A model generated the notes under the pieces. The model made no database searches and was not told the DNA's origin. It was given only the letters and a program-made list of their open reading frames with translations. From positions 10,752-74,751 of the forward strand of contig JBGVPG010000009.1 of assembly GCA_045126855.1 (NCBI GenBank): a stretch of DNA of 64,000 bases, written 5' to 3'. Position 1 is the stretch's first letter; each line of letters begins with the position of its first letter. The position numbers and the translations under genes were made by a program. Shown in pieces: positions 9,697 through 18,595 of the stretch. The DNA is from Eubacteriales bacterium (GTDB lineage: Bacteria > Bacillota > Clostridia > Oscillospirales > CAG-272).

Positions 9697-9876
9697 GGCG
9701 CTTCTGGAGGGTATTCACTTCGTGAATATATCCACTCCCTTCGCCTGAAAAGCAAGCTTTTCGATCTTCGGACGGGGTATGCGAACCTTCGCGCGTTTTA
9801 CGCGCAATGTTCGGATCTAAACAGGGACGTGCCATAGATAAACAGAAAAGACACCTCAACGGTGTCTTTTCTGTTT
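9697..9876. ncRNA. Candidate structured non-coding RNA (strand and identity unresolved)
   Basis: Consecutive stem-loops at 9697-9745, 9747-9762 and 9782-9813, plus a terminator at 9841-9875. No credible ORF is present. Confidence 0.3.
9841..9875. terminator. Bidirectional intrinsic terminator
   Basis: Perfect 15-bp stem AACAGAAAAGACACC / GGTGTCTTTTCTGTT with a 5-nt loop. It lies downstream of tRNA-Arg on the minus strand. Confidence 0.85.
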
Positions 9877-9877
9877 A

Positions 9878-9953
9878 TGGCGCGCCCTGGAGGATTCGAA
9901 CCTTCGACCTACCGGTTCGTAGCCGGGCACTCTATCCACTGAGCTAAGGGCGC
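9878..9953 (-). tRNA. tRNA-Arg (anticodon ACG)
   Basis: The reverse complement is GCGCCCTTAGCTCAGTGGATAGAG...CTACGAA...GGTTCGAATCCTCCAGGGCGCGCCA. It folds as a cloverleaf with an encoded CCA. Confidence 0.95.
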
Positions 9954-9959
9954 GTCTAT

Positions 9960-10033
<74 letters not shown>

Positions 10034-10051
10034 ATTGATTTCAGCCTTTAT

Positions 10052-10080
10052 ATATTACCACAGTTAACCAGATTTGTCAA
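10052..10080 (-). promoter_or_regulatory. Sigma-A promoter TTGACA-17-TAATAT for the tRNA-Gly/tRNA-Arg unit
   Basis: Exact -35 hexamer, 17-nt spacer, and a -10 about 18 nt upstream of the tRNA-Gly 5' end. Confidence 0.8.
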
Positions 10081-10114
10081 TACCTTTTTTGAAAGTTTTT
10101 AAAATATATTTTCA

Positions 10115-10143
10115 TTGACTTAGATATACATTTATGTTATAAT
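10115..10143 (+). promoter_or_regulatory. Sigma-A promoter TTGACT-17-TATAAT
   Basis: Lies upstream of yqeG, divergent from the tRNA promoter. Confidence 0.75.
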
Positions 10144-10174
10144 TAAAAAGTAAAAATATAATCAGGAGTAAAAA

Positions 10175-10678
10175 GTGAAATTTACCTTAGTACCCGAATA
10201 CAGGTTTGATCGTTTCAACGACGTAACGGCAGATTTCCTTGTTTCTATCGGTGTCAGAGGAGTTCTTTTAGACATTGATAACACAATGGAGCCATACGAA
10301 CATTCAAAACCCGGAGCGCACGTTATCTCATGGCTTAACTCACTTCGTGAAGCAAATATAAAAACCGCAATCGTGTCGAATAACGACGCTGAACGTGTCG
10401 AGATTTTCAACGAGGAAATCGGTATGCCTGCCTATTCCAAGGCGGGGAAACCATTCCCCAAAAATCTAAAAAATGCCATGGTGGATATCGGCTCGACAAA
10501 AGAAACTACTATTTTTATAGGCGATCAGGTCCTTACCGACGTTTGGGCTGCGCACAATGCCGGGATCAGAGCAATACTTGTTCCCCCTATTAACGATAAG
10601 AAGGACGCATTGACACGCTTTAAACGCCTTTTGGAGAAGCCTATACTAAAATTATACGATAAAGGAAGAAAGAAATAA
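10175..10678 (+). CDS. yqeG: YqeG-family HAD-IIIA phosphatase
   Basis: Contains LLDIDNT and GDQVLTDV motifs. GTG start preceded by AGGAG. Confidence 0.8.
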   Translation: MKFTLVPEYRFDRFNDVTADFLVSIGVRGVLLDIDNTMEPYEHSKPGAHVISWLNSLREANIKTAIVSNNDAERVEIFNEEIGMPAYSKAGKPFPKNLKNAMVDIGSTKETTIFIGDQVLTDVWAAHNAGIRAILVPPINDKKDALTRFKRLLEKPILKLYDKGRKK

Positions 10679-11526
10679 TGGCAGCATTTTTTGGTCCCGG
10701 CGGAAACAGCGACGCCTTTCGCCTAGCCGGTTATAAATCAACAATCGACGCACCCTCGTGGGTAAAATCTATTGGTCTTGACGCTTATGAATATGAAGCA
10801 GGGAACGGTCTCTCTGCATCACCTAAAATACTTGCAGAAATCGGCAGGGAAGCAGTAGAACATAATATTAAAATGTCCTTCCATACTCCTTATTTTATCT
10901 CACTCTCGGGAGTGGTTGAGGAAAAGCGACTTAATAGCATTAATTACATTCGACAGAGCCTCGATGCCGCCAAGCTTCTTGGCGCCGACACCATTGTCGT
11001 TCACTCCGGATCTGCAGCTAAAATCAGCCGTGACGAGGCTATGCGCCTTGCAGGAGATACTCTTGTCAAAACGCTTGCATCCGTTGATACTTACGGCATA
11101 AAAATCGGTCTAGAGACAATGGGAAAAATAAATCAGCTTGGTACCCTTGACGAGGTCCTTGAACTTTGCAGAATTGACTCAGCTTTTGTTCCTGTGGTTG
11201 ATTTTGGTCATCTCAACGCTAGAGATTTGGGCGGAGTATTTGTTTCTGCTGATGATTATCTTCGTGTTTTTGACAAAATTGACCGTGCGCTCGGTGCTAA
11301 CGTAGCCGAGAATCTCCACTGCCATTTCTCGAAAATTGAGTGGACAGGCAGTGGAGAAAAGCGTCACCTAACCTTCGATGACAGCGTTTACGGCCCAAAT
11401 TTTGAACCCCTCATTGAAACTATATACAAAAACAATCTTTCGCCAACTATTATATGCGAGTCAGCAGGCACGCAGTCTGACGACGCACTTGCAATGAAGA
11501 AATATTATCAGGAGATTCAGAAATGA
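10678..11526 (+). CDS. TIM-barrel protein of the xylose isomerase-like / AP endonuclease 2 (Nfo-like) family
   Basis: 282 aa with metal-ligand-like H/E/D positions (VVHSG, GLETMG, DFGH, CHFS). TAATG overlap with yqeG. Confidence 0.65.
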   Translation: MAAFFGPGGNSDAFRLAGYKSTIDAPSWVKSIGLDAYEYEAGNGLSASPKILAEIGREAVEHNIKMSFHTPYFISLSGVVEEKRLNSINYIRQSLDAAKLLGADTIVVHSGSAAKISRDEAMRLAGDTLVKTLASVDTYGIKIGLETMGKINQLGTLDEVLELCRIDSAFVPVVDFGHLNARDLGGVFVSADDYLRVFDKIDRALGANVAENLHCHFSKIEWTGSGEKRHLTFDDSVYGPNFEPLIETIYKNNLSPTIICESAGTQSDDALAMKKYYQEIQK

Positions 11527-12590
11527 GACTTACTAAATTAAGAAATAAAATGGAAGAGCTTAAAGTTGATGCAACGCTTGTTCTTGACGAGCTTAACCAG
11601 CACTATCTTTCCGAGTTCGCTTTCACAGACGGTTTTCTTTTCGTAACAAATGCGAAGGCATATCTTGTAACCGATTTCAGATACTACGAAATGGCGCTTA
11701 ATAAGGCGAACAAATCCTTTGAAATTGTTATGCCTGAAAATCGTAAGGAATTCCTATCTAAGGTTATTTCCGACCTGAATATTAAGACTATAGGATTCGA
11801 GGGCGGTAGCGTTTCTTATGAAACCTACAGAAGATATTGTAAAGATTTTCCTTCCTGTGAATTTATCAACATAGGCGATACCATAGAAGTTATTAGACAG
11901 ATTAAGTCTCAGGATGAGATTGATAAAATGCAGAAGGCGCAGGATATAACCGACAATGCGCTCGCCTCATTGCTCAAGGTGATTACTCCTAATATGACTG
12001 AGCTCGACGTAGCAGTTGAGCTTGAATACGCAATGCGTAAGGGCGGGGCAGACTCCTTTGCATTTGAAACCATTGCCGTTTCGGGTGATGCATCCGCACT
12101 TCCTCACGGAACTCCTCGAAACGTAAAGCTTAAAAAGGGATTTCTTACAATGGACTTTGGTGCAAAGTTCGACGGATACTGCTCGGATATGACAAGAACC
12201 ATAGTTATCGGCAAGGCTGATGATGACATCAAAAAGCTTTACAATACCGTTCTCCGCGCGCAGACCGAAGCACTCAATTACCTATGTGAGGGTGCTGATT
12301 GCGGCGAGGCCGATAAGATTGCAAGAGATATCATCAATTCGGTACCCGAGTACAACGGTGCATTTGGACATTCTCTTGGACATTCGGTTGGTCTCTTTAT
12401 ACATGAGAGCCCCAGACTTTATTCTCGCGGATTTGGAAGAAAGTTATACGCAGGCGAGATCGTAACAGTCGAGCCGGGTATCTATCTCTTCGGAAAATAT
12501 GGCTGTAGAATTGAAGATATGGTAGCAATTACCAAGGACGGAATACACAATTTCACCCATTCTCCCAAGGAATTGATAGAAATTTTATAA
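11523..12590 (+). CDS. pepP: M24-family Xaa-Pro aminopeptidase (YqhT/PepP-like)
   Basis: Creatinase-like N-terminal domain plus a pita-bread domain (HGTGHSVGLFIHE-type motif). It sits upstream of efp, as in Bacillus. Confidence 0.85.
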   Translation: MRLTKLRNKMEELKVDATLVLDELNQHYLSEFAFTDGFLFVTNAKAYLVTDFRYYEMALNKANKSFEIVMPENRKEFLSKVISDLNIKTIGFEGGSVSYETYRRYCKDFPSCEFINIGDTIEVIRQIKSQDEIDKMQKAQDITDNALASLLKVITPNMTELDVAVELEYAMRKGGADSFAFETIAVSGDASALPHGTPRNVKLKKGFLTMDFGAKFDGYCSDMTRTIVIGKADDDIKKLYNTVLRAQTEALNYLCEGADCGEADKIARDIINSVPEYNGAFGHSLGHSVGLFIHESPRLYSRGFGRKLYAGEIVTVEPGIYLFGKYGCRIEDMVAITKDGIHNFTHSPKELIEIL

Positions 12591-12617
12591 ATTTTTGAAA
12601 AATTTTTCAATTATCTA

Positions 12618-12646
12618 TTGCAAAATAGATGTTTTTAGTGTAAAAT
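12618..12646 (+). promoter_or_regulatory. Sigma-A promoter TTGCAA-17-TAAAAT upstream of efp
   Basis: Hexamers with a 17-nt spacer. This leaves a ~100-nt 5' UTR before efp. Confidence 0.7.
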
Positions 12647-12752
12647 ATACGTGTTAATTGTGGGTGTTTGTGCCTTTGAAGCATAATTCGGTTGTGGCGG
12701 ACCATAAATACCCCGGGAAAAATAAAATTCGCCAAGAAAAGGAAGACATAAT

Positions 12753-13310
12753 ATGTTAACAGCAGGTGATTTTAAGAACGGTGTTACCTTCGAAATGGAA
12801 GGTAAGGTTTACCAGGTTATCGAATTCCAGCACGTTAAGCCCGGAAAAGGCGCTGCATTCGTTAGAACCAAGTATCGTGACGTTGTAACCGGAGCAATCC
12901 GCGAGGCGTCCTTCAACCCCACTGCGAAGTTTGAGAACGCAGTTATCGAGAGAAGGGACCTTGAGTACCTTTACAACGATGGCGAGCTTTACTACTTCAT
13001 GGATCCTGAGACCTATGACCAGGTTCCTCTTAACGCAGACAAGCTCGGCGATAACTTCAAGTTTGTTAAGGAGAACACTACTTGCCGTATTTCCTCTTGG
13101 AAGGGCAGCGTATTCTCCGTTGAGCCTCCTACATTCGTTGAGCTCGCAGTAACCGAGACTGAGCCCGGCGTTCGTGGCGATACCGCTACCAACGTTACCA
13201 AGGAAGCTACCCTTGAGACCGGTGCAGTTGTAAAGGTTCCGATCTTCATCAACGAGGGCGAGGTACTCAAGATCGACACCAGAACCGGTGAGTACGTAGA
13301 GAGAGTTTAA
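12753..13310 (+). CDS. efp: Elongation factor P
   Basis: 185 aa containing [14 protein letters not shown], the conserved modified-Lys loop. Confidence 0.97.
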   Translation: MLTAGDFKNGVTFEMEGKVYQVIEFQHVKPGKGAAFVRTKYRDVVTGAIREASFNPTAKFENAVIERRDLEYLYNDGELYYFMDPETYDQVPLNADKLGDNFKFVKENTTCRISSWKGSVFSVEPPTFVELAVTETEPGVRGDTATNVTKEATLETGAVVKVPIFINEGEVLKIDTRTGEYVERV

Positions 13311-13322
13311 TCTTTTACCAAC

Positions 13323-13355
13323 AAAATGCTCCTCGCGTTAACCGAGGAGCATTTT
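13323..13355 (+). terminator. Intrinsic terminator after efp
   Basis: AAAATGCTCCTCG-loop-CGAGGAGCATTTT, a 13-bp stem with a short U tract. Confidence 0.75.
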
Positions 13356-13377
13356 AACAAACAAAAGGAGAAATATT

Positions 13378-13821
13378 ATGGGAATCAGTGAAAACGCAGC
13401 ATACATCAAGGGTCTTTTTGATGGTTATGAGATTGACGTAAATACCAAGGAGGGAAAGATCATTTCCAAGATGCTCGACCTTCTCGTAGACATGGCTGAT
13501 AAGATCAACGCTCTTGAAGCTGACAACAGAGATCTTCACGAGTACGTTGAGGAGCTTGATCACGATCTCGGCGAAGTAGAGGAAGAAGTTTACTTTGGCG
13601 AAGACGACTATGACGATTATGACGATCTCAACGATGATGAGGATTACGATGGCGAGGACGAGGAGTTCTACGAAATCGAATGCCCTTCTTGTGGTGAGCT
13701 TGTTTGCTTTGACGACTCTCTTGAGGTTGAGGATCTTATTTGTCCCGCTTGCGGCGAGAAGATCGGTGACTTCGAGATCTGCGACGGCAACTGCGCAGAG
13801 TGCGACGAGGATTGTGAATAA
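13378..13821 (+). CDS. Acidic zinc-ribbon protein (conserved clostridial hypothetical)
   Basis: Helical N-terminal domain, a D/E/Y-rich linker, and a C-terminal CPSC...CPAC plus CDGNCAECDEDC. AGGAG SD. Confidence 0.7.
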   Translation: MGISENAAYIKGLFDGYEIDVNTKEGKIISKMLDLLVDMADKINALEADNRDLHEYVEELDHDLGEVEEEVYFGEDDYDDYDDLNDDEDYDGEDEEFYEIECPSCGELVCFDDSLEVEDLICPACGEKIGDFEICDGNCAECDEDCE

Positions 13822-13840
13822 TACTTTCTATGAGATTATC

Positions 13841-13863
13841 GGAGCGGTAGTTACTACCGCTCC
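13841..13863 (+). terminator. Intrinsic terminator
   Basis: GGAGCGGTAG-tta-CTACCGCTCC followed by TTATTT. Confidence 0.7.
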
Positions 13864-13904
13864 TTATTTACATATAATAATGTAAAATATTTTCAAAAAA
13901 ACTA

Positions 13905-13933
13905 TTGACAAAAACATCCTGTGGTGTTATAAT
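13905..13933 (+). promoter_or_regulatory. Sigma-A promoter TTGACA-17-TATAAT for rplU-prp-rpmA
   Basis: Both hexamers are perfect consensus. Confidence 0.85.
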
Positions 13934-14020
13934 ATATCGACGCTTATTGATAGGCTGAGAAGTTTGGCTATTTGCCAACGCCTATGATAGCGAATTTACA
14001 CGAAAGTGAGGTGCTTTTTC
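13934..14020 (+). ncRNA. Ribosomal protein L21 leader-like structured 5' UTR
   Basis: Nested helices CGCT..ATAGG / CCTAT..AGCG enclose TTGGC-tatt-GCCAA. The position upstream of rplU matches the known Firmicute L21 leader class. Confidence 0.55.
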
Positions 14021-14329
14021 ATGTTCGCTATTTTCGTAACAGGTGGAAAGCAGTACAAGGTTGCTGAGGGTGACGTTATCTTCGTAGAGAAGCTTGGTCT
14101 TGCAGAAGGCGAGAAGGTTACTTTTGATAAGGTTCTCTGTGTTAACGGTGAAACTCTTTCTGTTGGTACTCCCTACGTTGAGGGCGCTACCGTAGTTGCT
14201 AACGTGCTTAAGAACGGCAAGTCTAAGAAGATCGACGTTATCAAGTACAAGGCAAAGAAGAACGAAAAGAAGAAGATCGGTCATCGTCAGGATTACACTA
14301 AGATCCAGATCGAGAAGATCGAGGCTTAA
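14021..14329 (+). CDS. rplU: 50S ribosomal protein L21
   Basis: Begins [14 protein letters not shown]. The upstream ORF-track extension is discarded. Confidence 0.95.
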   Translation: MFAIFVTGGKQYKVAEGDVIFVEKLGLAEGEKVTFDKVLCVNGETLSVGTPYVEGATVVANVLKNGKSKKIDVIKYKAKKNEKKKIGHRQDYTKIQIEKIEA

Positions 14330-14334
14330 GTCAA

Positions 14335-14691
14335 ATGACTACAATCACATTTTATAAGGCCGACGGATTCTATTATGGATTCGAGGAGCAGGGACATACC
14401 GGTTACGGTGAGTCGGGTGAGGACATTCTTTGTTCTGCACTTTCTGCTATGACGATGCTTATAATCAATGCAATTGAGGTTACCTATGATTGCAACGTTG
14501 ATTATCAGATCGACGAGAAGACAACAGACATTCGTCTGATTGCAAAATCCGCCCTTCCCAAATATGAGAAGGATGAAAAGAAACAGTTTGCGGTTTCAGG
14601 TCTTATTCAGGCTTATTTCTACCAGCTTATGGATCTTGTTGAGGAGTATTACGACTACCTTGACGTTAAGGAGATCGAGCGTAAGATTTAA
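14335..14691 (+). CDS. prp: Ribosomal-processing cysteine protease Prp
   Basis: YsxB family, with GH..YG and DILCSA (catalytic Cys) motifs. It lies between rplU and rpmA. Confidence 0.85.
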   Translation: MTTITFYKADGFYYGFEEQGHTGYGESGEDILCSALSAMTMLIINAIEVTYDCNVDYQIDEKTTDIRLIAKSALPKYEKDEKKQFAVSGLIQAYFYQLMDLVEEYYDYLDVKEIERKI

Positions 14692-14739
14692 GCGCAACTT
14701 GTACGGCGCAAGCCAGGAATAATTATGGAGGAATACGAA

Positions 14740-15018
14740 ATGTTAAAGCTTAGTTTACAGTTCTTCGCCCACAAGAAGGGCGTTGGTTCTACCAAGAACG
14801 GTCGTGATTCTGAGTCCAAGCGTCTCGGCGTAAAGAAGGCTGACGGTCAGTCTGTTCTTGCCGGCAACATTCTTGTAAGACAGCGCGGAACTAAGATTCA
14901 TCCCGGTACTAACGTAGGTATCGGTTCTGACGATACTCTCTTTGCACTTGTTGACGGTGTTGTTAAGTTCGAGCACATCACCGGTGGCAAGAAGCAGGTT
15001 AGCGTATACGCTGACTAA
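14740..15018 (+). CDS. rpmA: 50S ribosomal protein L27 with N-terminal propeptide
   Basis: Begins [24 protein letters not shown], and the extension before AHKKG is the Prp substrate. GGAGG SD. Confidence 0.95.
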   Translation: MLKLSLQFFAHKKGVGSTKNGRDSESKRLGVKKADGQSVLAGNILVRQRGTKIHPGTNVGIGSDDTLFALVDGVVKFEHITGGKKQVSVYAD

Positions 15019-15025
15019 TATAGTT

Positions 15026-15051
15026 ATGGGCGACCTGTTCGGGTCGCCCAT
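15026..15051 (+). terminator. Terminator-like hairpin after rpmA
   Basis: ATGGGCGACC...GGTCGCCCAT with a weak U tract. Confidence 0.5.
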
Positions 15052-15088
15052 TGCTACAAAATAACTTTGAATGAAGGGTAGATTTGAA

Positions 15089-16108
15089 ATGGCAATTCTC
15101 GTTACAGGCGGAACAGGATACATTGGCTCTCATACCACGGTTGAGCTTCTCAACGCAGGATATAAGGTTATTATCGTTGATAATCTTTCTAACAGCAAAG
15201 CACTTGTTGTTGATAGGATCGAGAAAATAACAGGAAAGAGACCCGAGTTTATTAAGTGCGACCTTCTTGATAAAGCTGCGCTTGATGAAGTTTTTGAAAA
15301 TCACACCGACATCGATGCGGTTATTCATTTTGCAGGACTCAAGGCTGTTGGTGAATCCTGCGCACTGCCTCTTCTTTACTACCATAATAATATAACAGGA
15401 ACACTTAATCTTCTCGACAGCATGATCAGTCATGGTGTTAACAGAATTGTTTTCAGTTCTTCTGCAACGGTTTACGGCACACCCAAAAGCGTCCCGATTC
15501 GTGAGGATTTTCCTACATCGACTACTAACCCATACGGCGAAACTAAGCTCATGATAGAGAGAATTCTGAAGGATACCTGCGCTGCAAATCCCGATTTTGC
15601 TGCATGTGCGCTCAGATACTTTAACCCCATTGGTGCTCATGAGTCCGGAACGATTGGTGAAGATCCCAAGGGCGTTCCAAACAATCTTTTACCTTATATC
15701 ACCCGTGTTGCTGTAGGCAAGCTTGAATGTCTCAGCGTATTTGGCAACGATTATCCTACCCACGACGGAACCGGCGTACGAGACTATATTCACGTCGTGG
15801 ATCTTGCTCTTGCTCACCTTAAAGCTATTGAGTATACAGAGAAGCTTCACGGTATAGATTACATTAACGTGGGCACGGGTAAAGGTTATTCGGTGCTTGA
15901 TATCGTTAATAATTTTGGCGACGTATGGGGAACTCCCATAAAGTATAGAATAACAGACAGACGCCCCGGCGATATTGCAGAGTGCTATGCCGATCCTACA
16001 AAGGCTAGAAATGTTCTTGGCTGGGAGGCAGAGCGTGACCTCAGAAAGATGTGTGAGGATAGCGCCAGATGGCAAAGAAACAATCCTGACGGATATCCCG
16101 AGGATTAA
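15089..16108 (+). CDS. galE: UDP-glucose 4-epimerase
   Basis: Begins MAILVTGGTGYIGSH, with the YGETK catalytic motif. SDR family. Confidence 0.93.
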   Translation: MAILVTGGTGYIGSHTTVELLNAGYKVIIVDNLSNSKALVVDRIEKITGKRPEFIKCDLLDKAALDEVFENHTDIDAVIHFAGLKAVGESCALPLLYYHNNITGTLNLLDSMISHGVNRIVFSSSATVYGTPKSVPIREDFPTSTTNPYGETKLMIERILKDTCAANPDFAACALRYFNPIGAHESGTIGEDPKGVPNNLLPYITRVAVGKLECLSVFGNDYPTHDGTGVRDYIHVVDLALAHLKAIEYTEKLHGIDYINVGTGKGYSVLDIVNNFGDVWGTPIKYRITDRRPGDIAECYADPTKARNVLGWEAERDLRKMCEDSARWQRNNPDGYPED

Positions 16109-16165
16109 ATAACAAATCAAAAAGGCTGACCTCGTGTTGGTCTTTTTGCTTGATAGGAGATAATT

Positions 16166-16960
16166 ATGGAGTTGAAGGATAAAAAGCTGTTTCTTCTAGA
16201 TATGGATGGAACGATATATCTTGATAGCGATCTTTTTGACGGAACTTTAGATTTTTTACAGGAAGTTAAGTCAAAGGGTGGACGTTATTTATTCGTAACG
16301 AACAATTCATCTAAGTCAACAGATGCATATGTCAGAAAGCTTAAATCTATTGGAATTGAGGCAAAAGAGGAAGATTTTCTTACTTCCACAGACGCAACAA
16401 TTCTTTATATTCAGAATAAATATCAGGGCAGAAAGTTTTATTGCTTTGGAACAACCTCTTTTTATGAGCAGCTCAAAAAAGCGGGTATAGACGTTGTAAC
16501 AGATCTTTGTGACGACATTGACGGTATTGTAATGGGTAATGATAACGAGTTGAATTTTAAGAAGCTTGAAGATTCCTGCAAGCTTCTTCTAAACGATATT
16601 ATCTATATTGCAACTAATCCCGATTGGGTTTGTCCTACTTCATTTGGTTACGTGCCAGATTGTGGTTCCGTTGCAGAAATGCTTTGGAGGGCGACGGGCA
16701 AAAGGCCGCATTTCATTGGCAAGCCACGTCCTGAAATGCTGACGCTTGCTATGGAAAAAAACGGATACTCCAAGGAGGAATCCGTAATGATCGGCGACAG
16801 AGTTTACACAGATATAGCATCAGGTTATAATGCAGGTATCGACACCATTTTTGTTCTTTCAGGCGAGGGAACCATTGCCGACGCAGAGGGAAGCGGTACA
16901 CCGCCAACATACATTTTTAATTCCATACGAGACGTATATAACGAAATAATTAAAAGGTAA
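16166..16960 (+). CDS. HAD-IIA family hydrolase (NagD-like sugar phosphatase)
   Basis: Contains LLDMDGTIY, TNNSS and GDRVYTDI motifs. Confidence 0.8.
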   Translation: MELKDKKLFLLDMDGTIYLDSDLFDGTLDFLQEVKSKGGRYLFVTNNSSKSTDAYVRKLKSIGIEAKEEDFLTSTDATILYIQNKYQGRKFYCFGTTSFYEQLKKAGIDVVTDLCDDIDGIVMGNDNELNFKKLEDSCKLLLNDIIYIATNPDWVCPTSFGYVPDCGSVAEMLWRATGKRPHFIGKPRPEMLTLAMEKNGYSKEESVMIGDRVYTDIASGYNAGIDTIFVLSGEGTIADAEGSGTPPTYIFNSIRDVYNEIIKR

Positions 16961-16964
16961 AATA

Positions 16965-18557
16965 ATGATCACGGTAAATAATCTTTCTTTTCAATTTGGA
17001 GGTCAGCTTCTATTCAAGGACGTTGATCTAAAGTTTACCCCCGGTAACTGCTATGGTATTATAGGTGCCAACGGTGCGGGCAAATCTACGTTTTTAAGAA
17101 TACTTTGTGGTGAGCTTGAGCCCACTCGAGGTGAAGTATCCATTCCTTCCACAGTCAGAATGTCTGTTTTAAAGCAGGATCACTTTGCTTACGAGGAATA
17201 CAGCGTTCTCGATACCGTTATAATGGGCAACAAACGCCTTTACGATATTATGAAGGAAAAGGATGCGCTTTACGCAAAGGAAGACTTTTCTGATGAGGAC
17301 GGCATACGTGCATCTGAGCTCGAGGGCGAGTTTGCAGAGCTTAACGGTTGGGAAGCAGAATCAGATGCATCAAAGCTTATTCAAGGCCTTGGTTTAACAG
17401 ATGATTACCTTTATATGCAGATGTCAAGCCTGAAGGAAAGCGAGAAGGTAAAGGTGCTTCTTGCGCAGGCTTTGTTCGGTAACCCCGATATTATTCTTCT
17501 TGACGAGCCTACTAACGGTCTTGATATCAATGCTGTAATCTGGCTCGAGGATTTCCTTTCTGATTACTTTGGAACAGTTCTTGTTGTATCTCACGACAGA
17601 CATTTTCTTAACGACGTTTGCACAAATATTGTTGATATCGACTATTCGGGCATCAAGATGTACGTTGGTAACTACGAATTCTGGTATGAATCAAGCCAGC
17701 TTATTCAGCGTATGATCAAGATGCAGAATAAACGTAACGAGGAAAAGATCGCCGAGCTCCAAAACTTCATTTCTCGTTTTTCTGCAAACAAATCTAAATC
17801 TCGACAGGCAACCTCAAGAAGAAAGCTTCTTGATAAATTGACAATCGAGGAACTGCCAGCCTCCTCCAGAAGATATCCATTTATAGGATTCGATATGGAT
17901 AGGGAAGCAGGGAAGGAGATACTTCACGTCGAGGGGTTAACAAAGTCAATAGACGGTAAGCTTCTGTTTAATAACCTTTCCTTCCATGTATATAAAGGTG
18001 ACAAGATAGCATTTATCGGGAACGAGCTTGCAACAACAACTTTGTATAGAGTTCTGAATGAAGAAATACCTGCCGATAGCGGTGAATTCAAGTTCGGAGT
18101 ATCAATCTCTACATCTTATTTCCCACACGATAATACCAAATTCTTCGAGGGACACAAGGAGTCTATTCTTGATTGGATGCGACAGTATTCCAAGGATCAG
18201 ACCGAAACCTACCTCAGAGGATTTCTTGGAAAAATGTTGTTTTCCAATGAAGCGGTATTCAAGCCTGTAAACGTTCTTTCCGGCGGCGAGAAGGTGAGGT
18301 GTATGTTCTCAAGAATGATGATGTTTGGCTCAAATATGCTTATCATTGATCAGCCAACAGACCATCTTGATCTTGAATCGATTACAGCAGTTAACCAGGG
18401 AATGAGCAACTTTAAGGGAAACATTCTTTTCTCCTCACATGACTACGAGATTTTAAATACGGTTGCAAATAGAATTATTGAAATTCTGCCCGACGGAAGC
18501 TACATCGACCGTCCCGGAACCTATGAGGAATATCTTGAATATAAGAAAACTATATAA
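16965..18557 (+). CDS. ABC-F family ATPase (tandem ABC domains, no TMD)
   Basis: Two Walker A / signature / Walker B sets with an inter-domain linker. 530 aa, YbiT-like. Confidence 0.9.
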   Translation: MITVNNLSFQFGGQLLFKDVDLKFTPGNCYGIIGANGAGKSTFLRILCGELEPTRGEVSIPSTVRMSVLKQDHFAYEEYSVLDTVIMGNKRLYDIMKEKDALYAKEDFSDEDGIRASELEGEFAELNGWEAESDASKLIQGLGLTDDYLYMQMSSLKESEKVKVLLAQALFGNPDIILLDEPTNGLDINAVIWLEDFLSDYFGTVLVVSHDRHFLNDVCTNIVDIDYSGIKMYVGNYEFWYESSQLIQRMIKMQNKRNEEKIAELQNFISRFSANKSKSRQATSRRKLLDKLTIEELPASSRRYPFIGFDMDREAGKEILHVEGLTKSIDGKLLFNNLSFHVYKGDKIAFIGNELATTTLYRVLNEEIPADSGEFKFGVSISTSYFPHDNTKFFEGHKESILDWMRQYSKDQTETYLRGFLGKMLFSNEAVFKPVNVLSGGEKVRCMFSRMMMFGSNMLIIDQPTDHLDLESITAVNQGMSNFKGNILFSSHDYEILNTVANRIIEILPDGSYIDRPGTYEEYLEYKKTI

Positions 18558-18560
18558 AAA

Positions 18561-18584
18561 AAGGCGTACCGTTCGGTACGCCTT
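18561..18584. terminator. Bidirectional terminator between convergent genes
   Basis: AAGGCGTACC-gttc-GGTACGCCTT flanked by an A-run and T-rich sequence. Confidence 0.85.
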
Positions 18585-18595
18585 AATTATTTATC

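Noticed and set aside
9571-9859. Two overlapping track ORFs (88 aa on the plus strand, 76 aa on the minus strand) in the intergenic region next to the tRNAs.
   Set aside because: Neither has an SD. They run through a mapped promoter and a terminator stem, and their composition is not protein-like. The region is better explained as non-coding and structured.
9697-9876. Possible identity of the structured region as SRP RNA, 6S RNA, a T-box or a riboswitch.
   Set aside because: I could not find the SRP helix-8 motif (GGAAGCAGC-type), a 6S-type closing stem pairing the 5' and 3' ends, a T-box specifier or antiterminator sequence, or a downstream regulated gene. The identity is left open.
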